Part shown: positions 9,874-19,413 of the stretch, in pieces | Numbering within the stretch: the stretch's first letter is position 1 | Layout of the letters: every line of letters starts with the position of its first letter | Virus record (IMG/VR): IMGVR_UViG_3300014208_000023 | Coordinates: 288,001-352,000 of that record | Length of the DNA: 64,000 nt | Reading direction: 5' to 3' (one strand) | Source: a virus | Lineage: Duplodnaviria; Caudoviricetes | Made by a program: the position numbers and the translations under genes | Notes under the pieces: model-generated | Database searches by the model: none | The model's input: only the letters and a program-made list of their open reading frames with translations | What the model was told of the DNA's origin: nothing

Positions 9874-9928
9874 TTAAAGTCCTTAACAATTCTATATCAA
9901 ATGAACAAAAAGTTTTTCAACTAAAATT

Positions 9929-10183
9929 TCATTTTTTACCATATATTTTGGTCGATCCCTGCCCATATAGTTTTTGTGCCTCTCCGGTTTTAACCATATG
10001 ATTTATCTGCTCGTCTATCTGCTGAATAAGATCATTTCTCTGCTGGTTTGCTATGTTAGTAAGGCGAGTGGCATCTGCAATCTCCTTATCTGTAGCGGAT
10101 TTATTCCTCTTAATATCTTCGGCCATCCATATTCTTATATTGGTTACTGATAAGCTGTCAATTAGATTTCCAATAGTAGTCAT
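9929..10183 (-). CDS. DUF4254-like small helical protein
   Basis: TIGNLIDSLSVTNIRIWMAED...NQQRNDLIQQID pattern. Confidence 0.6.
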   Translation of the reverse strand: MTTIGNLIDSLSVTNIRIWMAEDIKRNKSATDKEIADATRLTNIANQQRNDLIQQIDEQINHMVKTGEAQKLYGQGSTKIYGKK

Positions 10184-10977
10184 TGTTTCCTAGTTTTGAA
10201 TTGTTCGATGTCTTCTTGCGTATCATTTAGAAGGTCCCAATACGTATATTCCCAATTTACGGATGGGGTAATCCATTTTGTATTAGTTGGCGGAGTGCTT
10301 GTATCTTCATTAACAAGATCGTGATATTCTAAACCGTTCATTTCGTATAAATCTTGCACGAAGTTTCTAACATTAAACGCCATTCCGGCCCCAACCATAC
10401 AATCTTCGATCTGCCCTATGCTTTTGCTTACGACAAATTTTGTATGAACCATATCTCGCTCGAAGTCCAAATTACCAACACTAATTTTTTCATTATTTAC
10501 GATCGATCTAAATATCTTTCCAAATAGGAAATACTTGCTTCTATACGTTGAATTGAAATAGAATGGGTGAATAAATATAACTTTTTTGTATAGATCGTTT
10601 AATTCACGAAGTTCTTTAATTTTATTTAAGAGAAGTAGTTTAGAAATCGCGTATTCATTTTTAAGATCGAAATTTGGTTCCGTATCTAAAGATATTACTC
10701 CCTCCCCAAACCCTCTCCACAATTCACAACTGGTGTAGCACACTATCTTTTTGGAGTTTTGCAGAAGGGCTTTGATTATCTTTAGTGTGTTCAGATAATT
10801 CGGAGTGATATAGTCAATGTTCTTTTCGTATATTCTCTGCTCGGCAAAAGTAATATATACAGAGTCCCATTGATTTTGTTTTAAATAATTGAAGTCAATA
10901 TTTCTGGAGGAAATTTTGACATAATCATCCGGAAAATACTGGGCTAACTGGGACGAACTTCCTATCACTAAATCCAC
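10180..10977 (-). CDS. Atypical NAD-dependent epimerase/dehydratase (SDR)
   Basis: Degenerate GSSSQLA glycine motif, YAISK (YxxxK), RDMVH. Confidence 0.7.
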   Translation of the reverse strand: MDLVIGSSSQLAQYFPDDYVKISSRNIDFNYLKQNQWDSVYITFAEQRIYEKNIDYITPNYLNTLKIIKALLQNSKKIVCYTSCELWRGFGEGVISLDTEPNFDLKNEYAISKLLLLNKIKELRELNDLYKKVIFIHPFYFNSTYRSKYFLFGKIFRSIVNNEKISVGNLDFERDMVHTKFVVSKSIGQIEDCMVGAGMAFNVRNFVQDLYEMNGLEYHDLVNEDTSTPPTNTKWITPSVNWEYTYWDLLNDTQEDIEQFKTRKQ

Positions 10978-12194
10978 TAGACACCTATAACTTCAAATTT
11001 CGGGCAGGGGACTATAAAACGACCACCTGCTAACAAATAATCCTGTTCTCTGCTGACAAACTCATTTATAAAATGCCAAGGCAATACTAGTAAATAATCT
11101 GGCTTTGCTCTACGCATCTCATCTTCAGAGTAAATCGGTATATTTGTTCCTACCGTTTTAAGCCCAAACTTATAGGGACTACGCTCGGCAATTCCATCGA
11201 TTAACGTGTGGTCAAGTCCAAAATATTGCAATAGGGTATTTCCTTTGGTGGAGGCGCCATAACCCCAAATAGTCTTGCCTTTGGCCTTCTCTTCTTTTAT
11301 AAAGAATACGGTTTTTTCTTTCAAAGATTCTATATCATTGTAAAACGATATCCAGGTTTCAGCTTGGTCTAATTTCAAAGTTTTTTCATATGCCAATAGA
11401 GAATCAACTCTCATATTGCAGATGTCTCTATATGGTTGAGAAGAAAATGTTTTTTCATCACCAGATTGTTTCATCGTATAAATTCTAAATGACCCGCCAT
11501 TAACATCATTAAGCTGGCAGTCCATAACTTTAAACCCATTTTTTTCTAGCAAAGCTTTTAAATTAAAAAGAGAATAGTAATAAATGTGTTCGTGACAGAT
11601 ATTATCAAAAGCCATTTGTTTAATCATTAATGGCGTATAGCTTAATTGAAGAACCCAAATGCCATTATCATCCAACACTTCTCCGATATCACGAATAAAT
11701 GAGTCTGGGTCTTCCAGGTCATAAAACATAGCTATAGAGGTTATTACTTTCGCTTTTAATCCGCCAAACTTACATTTTTTAAATGTATTAGCGCTAAAGT
11801 AATCTTGAATAATTAAATTGGAATGTTTTTGTGACTCGGCTTTATATGAATCATCTACCGGATCTATTCCAACTCTGATTAGGTCAGATGGTAACCACGA
11901 AAGAAGCGTTCCGTCATTACAAGCAATATCTATCCAAAGATCATTTTCTTTAAGTTTTTTTATTTTAAGAATGGAATCAACTATATCTTTTAATTCTTGT
12001 TTCATAGAAGAATTAATGCCGCTACGATACCAATATGTTCCATACATAGTATTTAACGGAGCTGATTTGGAAAGCTTAACGTTTCCATCATCAGTTAGCA
12101 ATAGTTTCATTTCAACCTTATCGCCCCGTGGTGGCTGGTTGTCTTTTATAAAGTCAGAAACATATAGGTCGCCTAAAGTAAAAAGCTCTTTCAT
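10977..12194 (-). CDS. NDP-sugar C-methyltransferase
   Basis: YWYRSG, DIACNDGTLL, SIAMFYDL, DNICHEH, GYGASTKGNTLL, LPWHF. Confidence 0.92.
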   Translation of the reverse strand: MKELFTLGDLYVSDFIKDNQPPRGDKVEMKLLLTDDGNVKLSKSAPLNTMYGTYWYRSGINSSMKQELKDIVDSILKIKKLKENDLWIDIACNDGTLLSWLPSDLIRVGIDPVDDSYKAESQKHSNLIIQDYFSANTFKKCKFGGLKAKVITSIAMFYDLEDPDSFIRDIGEVLDDNGIWVLQLSYTPLMIKQMAFDNICHEHIYYYSLFNLKALLEKNGFKVMDCQLNDVNGGSFRIYTMKQSGDEKTFSSQPYRDICNMRVDSLLAYEKTLKLDQAETWISFYNDIESLKEKTVFFIKEEKAKGKTIWGYGASTKGNTLLQYFGLDHTLIDGIAERSPYKFGLKTVGTNIPIYSEDEMRRAKPDYLLVLPWHFINEFVSREQDYLLAGGRFIVPCPKFEVIGV

Positions 12195-12206
12195 TATGAT
12201 TTTGAC

Positions 12207-13106
12207 CTAAAATTTGTTTAATGTTTCCGATATTGCCTGCGCGAATCCACTGTTCATTCTATCTAAAGACATATTATCGCAAATAAAGCTATTAACTGAA
12301 CCATTAGCAATAACCGAACTTTGAATCATAGTTCCGCACATTTCTACTCTGGGAACCGGCTTATTGCCCCAGCAACTTACTGCCTGGGTAATTCCGCTAC
12401 ATACTCCAATAAATAAATCGCAATAATTATGAACTAGCGCTAACTGTCTTACGGTAAAACTAGATCCGGAAACAACCCCAGGATCATCAACATATTTTGT
12501 ATGATCCATCATGCTGGCGAAAATAAAATTACATTTTCCAAATTTAGCCCTGCATAGAACCATCATATTTCTAATTACTTCTTCGCTCAAATTAAAATTG
12601 CCCGCCGATCTCAATTGAGACTCTATCATAACGGTTTTTGGGTGAGGTAGTTTAGAGCAAAACTCTCTTGCCATTTCACGCTCTTCATCGGAGAATTTTA
12701 GGTAAGGATGCCATTCCGCCGATGGATCTACGCCAAAAACCATTCTTGGTATATTTGAGTAATTGACATCATTAAGGGCATTATTTGGAAGCATTGCCCA
12801 TGGAGCTGGAAAATAACCATTATGCAGGTCTTTCATAGTATCATAATCCTGCCTTCTATTTAATAGAAGTTGCCCGTTTTTATCCATTAAATTTCTAAAG
12901 TCTTCTTGAGGCCAATCTCTTATTTCAGAGATGGCGTCATTATGCTTTAGCATATCCATGTACGTGGCTTTTTCTGGGGAAGTATTGAGAAACCAAACGA
13001 TTTCTTTACCAGGCCATAGGATATCTTTATATTTCAAAACGCAAGTGCATAAAGCTATGTCACCGTGCTGCCCATGAACAAAAATTCCAATCTTATTATT
13101 TACCAC
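12207..13106 (-). CDS. Putative GT-B glycosyltransferase (GT9-like)
   Basis: N-terminal HGDI after beta strand and C-terminal LFIGVCSG resemble GT9 motifs; cluster context. Confidence 0.5.
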   Translation of the reverse strand: MVNNKIGIFVHGQHGDIALCTCVLKYKDILWPGKEIVWFLNTSPEKATYMDMLKHNDAISEIRDWPQEDFRNLMDKNGQLLLNRRQDYDTMKDLHNGYFPAPWAMLPNNALNDVNYSNIPRMVFGVDPSAEWHPYLKFSDEEREMAREFCSKLPHPKTVMIESQLRSAGNFNLSEEVIRNMMVLCRAKFGKCNFIFASMMDHTKYVDDPGVVSGSSFTVRQLALVHNYCDLFIGVCSGITQAVSCWGNKPVPRVEMCGTMIQSSVIANGSVNSFICDNMSLDRMNSGFAQAISETLNKF

Positions 13107-13155
13107 ACTTGTCCTTATGTCAATACTTTGTTATTGGTATAGATAAGGGACGCAA

Positions 13156-13788
13156 ATGACATATTACTCTCAAGCATGGCAAGACGAATTCGTTATAAAT
13201 CTTTTGAACTTTAAAAAGAATGGGCACTTCATAGACATAGGAAGCACCGATGGTATGAATCAAAGTAATTCATATTTTCTTGAAAAAGAAATGGGGTGGA
13301 AAGGAACTTGCGTTGAGCTTGGAATCGGCTATACCGAGCACTATAAAAACAATAGAAGCTGCGTATTCTTAAATGAAGACGCTACCAAAATAGATTATAA
13401 ATCTTTATTTGATAAAAATCAATATCCATCACGAATAGATTATTTGTCTTTGGATATTGATGAGAGCAGTATGCTTGGTCTTGCAAAATTACCGTTTGAT
13501 GACTATAAGTTTAGCGTTATAACTATAGAGCATGACTCGTATAGATTTGGTGATATACTGAAAAATCAAGAGAGAGAATTTTTAAGGCATCACAATTATA
13601 CTCCATTATTTTTAGACGTTCTAGTTCCGCTTGGCTGTGGAATGGGACCAAATCTTTCATTTGAAGACTGGTGGGTAGATGCGTCTGTTTTTAATATGGA
13701 AAAATTAAACAAATTAAGTGCCACAAGAATGTATCCAGACGAAATAGTTGCTATGATAAAAAATAAGAAAGATATATACGCCATATAG
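13156..13788 (+). CDS. FkbM-like SAM methyltransferase
   Basis: YSQAWQD, FIDIGSTDG, IDYLSLDID, ITIEH. Confidence 0.8.
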   Translation: MTYYSQAWQDEFVINLLNFKKNGHFIDIGSTDGMNQSNSYFLEKEMGWKGTCVELGIGYTEHYKNNRSCVFLNEDATKIDYKSLFDKNQYPSRIDYLSLDIDESSMLGLAKLPFDDYKFSVITIEHDSYRFGDILKNQEREFLRHHNYTPLFLDVLVPLGCGMGPNLSFEDWWVDASVFNMEKLNKLSATRMYPDEIVAMIKNKKDIYAI

Positions 13789-13807
13789 TGAAAGGTTCGC
13801 CGAAAAT

Positions 13808-14623
13808 ATGAAAAAAATAATAAGCTACTCTTTGTATAATTCTATTCCAAAGAACACGATAAATGCCATCATCAACTGTATGTTGGTGCCTAAAATATAC
13901 CCAGGCTGGATAGCAAGATTTTATATAGATGATACTGTGCCAAAGCCTATTGTGGATATTTTACGAACTTTTGACTATGTTGAAATAGTTGAAATGCCAA
14001 GGGGAACTGGAAGTGAGCGTATGTGCTGGCGGTTCCTCCCAGCGGCAGACTATAATGCAATAATGATATCACGTGATTGCGATAGCTGGATTAGTTCAAG
14101 AGAAAAAGTTTGTGTCGATGCTTGGTTAGCTAGTGATAAAAACTTTAGTATTATTTATGATCACTGTTATCACACGGACTCAAAAATTAAAATAATGGGT
14201 GGCGTGTGGGGCTCAAGAAATGGTATCATTCCAAAGATGGCCGAAGAAATTGATAAGTTTGTAAATGCTGGCCAAACTTATGACCAGGGCCTATTATCAT
14301 CCGTAATCTATCCAAACATTACGCATACCGTCATGATTCATTATGGTGACCCTCAATATAATAATAAGGGGGAACGAATTCATCGAGGCAGCGAACTTGG
14401 AGGAGTTCCAATTCCGCCCTATGAAGAAAACGACGAGCCAATTCCTGGCCTTTCATTTAGACGCGTTAATAAGTTGAATGAATTTTTCTGCGCTCACTGC
14501 AAAAAACATCATGACGTTTTCATTGGTGGCATTATGGAACATATTCCAGAAGATGCTATGCAGGTTGTCAGAAATTACGCTAAAGAAAAGGGAATTTCAG
14601 TAGAAAATTGTCCTGGCTTCTAA
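13808..14623 (+). CDS. Putative glycosyltransferase-like protein
   Basis: IISYSLY, YPGW, WRFL, SRDCDS (DxD), MGGVWG, DQ motifs. Confidence 0.6.
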   Translation: MKKIISYSLYNSIPKNTINAIINCMLVPKIYPGWIARFYIDDTVPKPIVDILRTFDYVEIVEMPRGTGSERMCWRFLPAADYNAIMISRDCDSWISSREKVCVDAWLASDKNFSIIYDHCYHTDSKIKIMGGVWGSRNGIIPKMAEEIDKFVNAGQTYDQGLLSSVIYPNITHTVMIHYGDPQYNNKGERIHRGSELGGVPIPPYEENDEPIPGLSFRRVNKLNEFFCAHCKKHHDVFIGGIMEHIPEDAMQVVRNYAKEKGISVENCPGF

Positions 14624-15393
14624 TAAAAATACTTCAAAAACAAATCCATTCTTAATTTATGCCCCTCAGCAAATGAGGGGAAATAAGAATTCCATTGAGA
14701 ACCAGCCATATAATGGTAGAACCCATTAGCAACCCAGCCGGCACTTAATCCATATTTGCCACATATAAATAAATCATCTCTAAAATACTGTAAGAATGGG
14801 GTATCTTTGGCTGTGCTAATATAATTTAATATTTGGCTATTTTCCAGAAACTTAACTTTTTCTGGATTACTTTCAATAAAGTATCTGGTTTTCCCACCAC
14901 AATCTAGTCCTGGCTCTAATCCAAAATCTATATTTTTAGGATTTTGTAGAAGAGCCATATTAATGATCGTAAATGCTGGGTAGAAATAAATAATTCCTTT
15001 ACCATCCAATATTTTATATTCAGTTGTGCTTGCCGCAATATTGTTTCCTATAATATTTGAAACATTAATATCTTCTATTGGAAATACATCAGTATGAAGC
15101 AAAATAATAATTTCACAATTATTTTTAACGGCATAGTCTTGTACTGCCCAATTTAAAGTGGCAGCATATCCTTCTGAAGGATTTTGAATCTTATGAATAC
15201 TTTGCGGAACTCTCACGCAATTAATTTTATTATAGGAGGTCACCAGATTTATGGCCGCTTCCATCTCCGGATCCATTGCATCATTAAATAATACAAAATC
15301 AAAATCTTCTTTCATATACTTTTGAAATTGTCTATACATTATATCAATTGGAAACTTATCATTGACAGCAAAAGAGAAAACGGATATTTTCAT
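14620..15393 (-). CDS. Putative GT-A-like protein
   Basis: LLHTDVFP, LDCGG, YHYMAGSQW; glycan cluster context. Confidence 0.5.
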   Translation of the reverse strand: MKISVFSFAVNDKFPIDIMYRQFQKYMKEDFDFVLFNDAMDPEMEAAINLVTSYNKINCVRVPQSIHKIQNPSEGYAATLNWAVQDYAVKNNCEIIILLHTDVFPIEDINVSNIIGNNIAASTTEYKILDGKGIIYFYPAFTIINMALLQNPKNIDFGLEPGLDCGGKTRYFIESNPEKVKFLENSQILNYISTAKDTPFLQYFRDDLFICGKYGLSAGWVANGFYHYMAGSQWNSYFPSFAEGHKLRMDLFLKYFY

Positions 15394-16289
15394 ACAAGCT
15401 CCATAGAATTAATAGTTTCTTGAAGACCGTCCTTCAAAGAAGTAAATGATATATTTGGCATTATTGTTTTTAAGTATTGATTGCTTACGGTTTTCTTTAA
15501 ATTTCCATCAGGCTTACTGGTATCAAATTTAATTTGATGTTTGAAATTGACTATTTCGCCAATCGTAGTTGATAGGTCTGCAATACTAATTTCTTCGTCA
15601 CCGCAACAAATTACTGGTTTTGTGTCGAAATAAACATATACCAATTCTTTTATTATTGAGGCTAAATCTTTAGAATAAATAAACTGCCTTAATGGCTTGC
15701 CGGCACCACTCATTATGACATCAGAATTATTTTTCTCTGCATCTTTAAACTTATTAATTAAGTTTGGTATTAACCTACCAGAAGACATATTGTCATTTGG
15801 GCCATAGATATTTGACGGTATTATTCCAAAGTATTTTCTGCCATATTGAGTGTTATAATTTTGGCACTGTAGCTCAAGCATTCTTTTTGAAAACGCGTAT
15901 CCGGCAAAAGCTCCGGTTAAATTGCCTTCAAAAATCATAGACTCGTCCATAGGAAATTTTGATGGAACTTCTGGAAACATATTGACTGAAAGGCAGCACA
16001 TTACATTTTGAATATTAGATATATTGGCTGCCTCTAATACGTTTTCATTTATTCTAACATTTGTTGAGAACGAAGAAACTCTATCTATATTGTAGAAGCC
16101 AGGAACATATGATGCCAAATGAACAATATAATCTGGCCGCATCTCATTTATAAAACCAATAGTCTGCGATCTTTCCGTTAAGTCACAATCTTTTCTATTG
16201 ATGAATATCCAATTATTTTCACCTGAGCACATAGACTTTAGCGCGCTTCCTACGCAACCATCACTTCCAGTAACTAAAATACGTTTCAT
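15390..16289 (-). CDS. GDP-fucose synthase-like SDR paralogue (probable reductase)
   Basis: VTGSDGCVG, HLAS, YAFSK, PSNIYGP, LRQFIYSKDLA, KPDG; epimerase Cys and His positions read N and R. Confidence 0.85.
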   Translation of the reverse strand: MKRILVTGSDGCVGSALKSMCSGENNWIFINRKDCDLTERSQTIGFINEMRPDYIVHLASYVPGFYNIDRVSSFSTNVRINENVLEAANISNIQNVMCCLSVNMFPEVPSKFPMDESMIFEGNLTGAFAGYAFSKRMLELQCQNYNTQYGRKYFGIIPSNIYGPNDNMSSGRLIPNLINKFKDAEKNNSDVIMSGAGKPLRQFIYSKDLASIIKELVYVYFDTKPVICCGDEEISIADLSTTIGEIVNFKHQIKFDTSKPDGNLKKTVSNQYLKTIMPNISFTSLKDGLQETINSMELV

Positions 16290-17488
16290 GGCTTGTAGCT
16301 CAACAATATATCAACCAGATCATCCACTAGATCGGCCGACATTAAATTGCTTGGAAGACCTATAAAACACCCTCTATAGTGGCATTTCTCGGCCCCTTTA
16401 AAATCAGCCGGATTTAATTCAGGATAAAGATCCTTGATGACTGGCTGCCTAACCATATTGCCGGTTATTATTGGCCTATTTTCGACGCCTTTGCTTGAAA
16501 GATAATCTAAATAATCTGATAGCTTAATGTTTTCATCCAAAAACATAGTTACTCCAAACCACGCAATATCGCCATTATCTATTTCTTTTGGAAATGAAAT
16601 AAAGCTACCTCTTGGATCTGCTTCTATTTTTGACTTTATATTGCTATAGTTTATTTTCCTATTTTCGTTTTTAGATTTTAATTTATATAGCTGATGCACG
16701 CCCATCGCCGCCTGTATCTCCATGGGCCTGACGTTATATCCTAGATTTACGAAAGTAAATCTTGGGTCTATGTCCGGAAACTGTTCCTGAATTTCATTCT
16801 TATTCTTTAGGCTCCTAGACCAACCATGGGCACGCAGACACTTTATGAGCTCATAATCCTCATCGTCATCACAAACTACCATTCCGCCTTCCATAGTAGT
16901 TATGTGATGTGAATAATAAAATGAATATGTGGCAAAGGTTCCAAAAGTCCCCAGGTATTTGCCATCATATTTGGATCCTAGGCTTTCACACGTATCCTCT
17001 ATTAAAATAAGATTGTGGCGCTTAACTATATCCATTAATTTTCTCATGTCGGTGGAGTTTCCTAGGACATGAACCAACATAATGGCTTTTGTTTTTTCAG
17101 TTATTTTCTTTTCTAGATCCTCTAAATCTATATTTAGAGTTTCAGGATCTACATCGACAAACACTGGAACTAGATTGCACTGAACAATTGGAAAAATACT
17201 TGTAGACCAACACAAGGCCGGAACAATAACTTCATCGCCCGGCACAAGCTTATTGGCTCTTTTGTAGTTAGTTAAAGCGGCTACGGCTAACAAATTGGCG
17301 GACGAACCAGAATTAACCATAACTGCATGTTTAGCACCAACATATTCTGCGAACATATTTTCGAATTGGCTTACCTGCTCACCCATAGTGAAGTTTCCGG
17401 TAAGCAATACTTTAATCATATTTAAAATATCATCAGTATCGTGAGCGTTCTGTCCCAATGGGAACTTCATAATTAACGGTGATTTCAT
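16286..17488 (-). CDS. colD: PLP/PMP-dependent GDP-4-keto-6-deoxymannose 3-dehydratase, ColD-like (DegT/DnrJ family)
   Basis: NSGSSANL, WSTS, EDTCES, SFYYSHHITTMEGG (His in place of Schiff-base Lys), RAHGWSR, GYNVRP; no E1-type Cys cluster. Confidence 0.8.
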   Translation of the reverse strand: MKSPLIMKFPLGQNAHDTDDILNMIKVLLTGNFTMGEQVSQFENMFAEYVGAKHAVMVNSGSSANLLAVAALTNYKRANKLVPGDEVIVPALCWSTSIFPIVQCNLVPVFVDVDPETLNIDLEDLEKKITEKTKAIMLVHVLGNSTDMRKLMDIVKRHNLILIEDTCESLGSKYDGKYLGTFGTFATYSFYYSHHITTMEGGMVVCDDDEDYELIKCLRAHGWSRSLKNKNEIQEQFPDIDPRFTFVNLGYNVRPMEIQAAMGVHQLYKLKSKNENRKINYSNIKSKIEADPRGSFISFPKEIDNGDIAWFGVTMFLDENIKLSDYLDYLSSKGVENRPIITGNMVRQPVIKDLYPELNPADFKGAEKCHYRGCFIGLPSNLMSADLVDDLVDILLSYKP

Positions 17489-18552
17489 AGTTGGCTCTTA
17501 AGGCTGGTAAGAATTTCTTGCCAGTTATTATAAACTGAAGATCTTCTCAAGATATTGTGTTGGGACATATTATAGCTAATTTCGCTAGTATTTACGGTAT
17601 TTAATAAGTGAGATAGGTGAGATGGTGAATCAAAATATTGAATATATTTCATATTTCCTTCGTCGTAAAAATCACAGGTATCTATCCATTTATTTAAAAC
17701 CTCTGGGTTTCGAAGACTATTTGGATTATTTATATCTTCTGGCTCTTGCGCCTTACCTACTCTATAAAAAGTAAGGTCAGCAAATGCTTTGTTTTGATGA
17801 AACAATTCTTTTAAATAGGATTTAGATGGGAAAAATAATGGAACGTTAGCCGTATATTGCTCGAACGTAGACATTGTTCCATTGTGATATGGAATATGAA
17901 TTATTCCTTTATAACTATATAGATCTGCCCAGCTATATTTCCAGTTGCCGTTTCTTATTGCGCCAAGACTGACACACGAATTTCCAGGAACAGATATCTC
18001 TGATCGATCATGTATAACGAACTGATTTTTTGTTCCAGTATATTTGGCATTTGTATATTCGCATAAGTTTGGAATATGCATGCCAGTAATTCCAGTCATA
18101 TATTTAGTGTAATATTGGTCTCCTTTATTATTGCAAACATAATAAAGTTTTCCAGATGCAGCTCTTTCTTTTAGAAAGATATTTAATCTATCTCTAATTG
18201 CTAGATTGAAAGTATTGGGATGGTCATATCTAATACAATTAACAACTATAATTGGTTTATTAAATTTTTCATATAGAAGAGCGAATTCAGTAGGATAGCA
18301 CGCAATGAAGCCATCATATTTGCTTAATTCTTCTTTATTTGCCTCATAGAACTTATCACAAACTTCTTGCGTGCATACTCCAGAACAAGTTAATTGCGTT
18401 CCATCACTTAATTTGATATTTGGTTTAGGCTTATTTAAAACCCAGTGATGACCGGATAGCGACCAATCATCAACTTCATGGCCCAAATTTTTGAAAATAT
18501 GAGCCACATCTGCTATGACTGAAACGTGCTGGTCTATGTTGAAAAATTTCAT
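17485..18552 (-). CDS. Putative glycosyltransferase-like protein
   Basis: MSTFEQYTANVPLFFP resembles GT-B nucleotide-binding segment; cluster context. Confidence 0.5.
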   Translation of the reverse strand: MKFFNIDQHVSVIADVAHIFKNLGHEVDDWSLSGHHWVLNKPKPNIKLSDGTQLTCSGVCTQEVCDKFYEANKEELSKYDGFIACYPTEFALLYEKFNKPIIVVNCIRYDHPNTFNLAIRDRLNIFLKERAASGKLYYVCNNKGDQYYTKYMTGITGMHIPNLCEYTNAKYTGTKNQFVIHDRSEISVPGNSCVSLGAIRNGNWKYSWADLYSYKGIIHIPYHNGTMSTFEQYTANVPLFFPSKSYLKELFHQNKAFADLTFYRVGKAQEPEDINNPNSLRNPEVLNKWIDTCDFYDEGNMKYIQYFDSPSHLSHLLNTVNTSEISYNMSQHNILRRSSVYNNWQEILTSLKSQL

Positions 18553-18567
18553 ATATCCTAAATATAA

Positions 18568-19413
18568 TTATACTGCTTCAGAAGAGGTGTGAAAAAGCCG
18601 AATACCTATTTGCGTTTTGTTTTCTAGAAAATACATCTGCACATCAAACCCATTACTAAATGGCTTAATAGTATTATACAAAGTATATGGCGAAAACCAA
18701 TACTTATGATCTGGATGAACCATTTCTAACGAAAACTCATCTGAACAAAAAATTTCCGCAACTGCCATACACGGAACAGTGAATAAATATTCTTTAGCTT
18801 TTACTGAAAAAATATCTTTTAAAAATAAATCTACATTTGGAACGTGCTCCATTACTTCAGGAACTATGACAATATCATATTCTTTATCAACATCCTTATA
18901 TGACGTAAAGTATGTTCCTGGGCAGGCCTGTTTTAGCTTATTTGTGGTTTCAACATCAATATCCAGACCGTCTATTCGCGTATTTATTCTTTTTTTAAAT
19001 TCAGAATAAGCTATTTCTGCAAGAGAAGATGCAAGCTCTGCCTTGGCGAGCGCTTCATTTCCAACGGCCTGTTCTGGCGTTACCTTCGCTCTTTCTTTAG
19101 TTCTTTCTATTTTTGCCTTATCTACTTTCTCTTTAAGAACTATTTCTTCTTCGGTCTTCATGTCCTTAAGTTTAGATAAGAATATATGCAAATTAGATTC
19201 CACATTAAAAACCATAGTGTCAGCGCATCCTACATGTAGGACTGTTTTGCCCTGACATAAATTTCCAATAAATTCAAATCTAGAATGTCTGATATTTTTC
19301 AGATGCATTTTTTGTATATAAAAATTATCAGTAGCCTCGTATGTTTTACGGGCAATTTTAACTGGTGCTTCTGGTGCTTCGATAACTTCTAGCTGCATAT
19401 TTTCTCCGGTCAT
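18568..19413 (-). CDS. Class I SAM methyltransferase with helical insertion
   Basis: VLHVGCAD, GLDID, EVMEHV, HPDH; ~60-aa charged insert. Confidence 0.75.
   Translation of the reverse strand: MTGENMQLEVIEAPEAPVKIARKTYEATDNFYIQKMHLKNIRHSRFEFIGNLCQGKTVLHVGCADTMVFNVESNLHIFLSKLKDMKTEEEIVLKEKVDKAKIERTKERAKVTPEQAVGNEALAKAELASSLAEIAYSEFKKRINTRIDGLDIDVETTNKLKQACPGTYFTSYKDVDKEYDIVIVPEVMEHVPNVDLFLKDIFSVKAKEYLFTVPCMAVAEIFCSDEFSLEMVHPDHKYWFSPYTLYNTIKPFSNGFDVQMYFLENKTQIGIRLFHTSSEAV

Noticed and set aside
16286-17488. CDP-pathway E1 dehydrase (RfbH) or ordinary DegT aminotransferase
   Set aside because: No Schiff-base Lys and no E1 Fe-S cysteine motif; the flanking genes are GDP-pathway.
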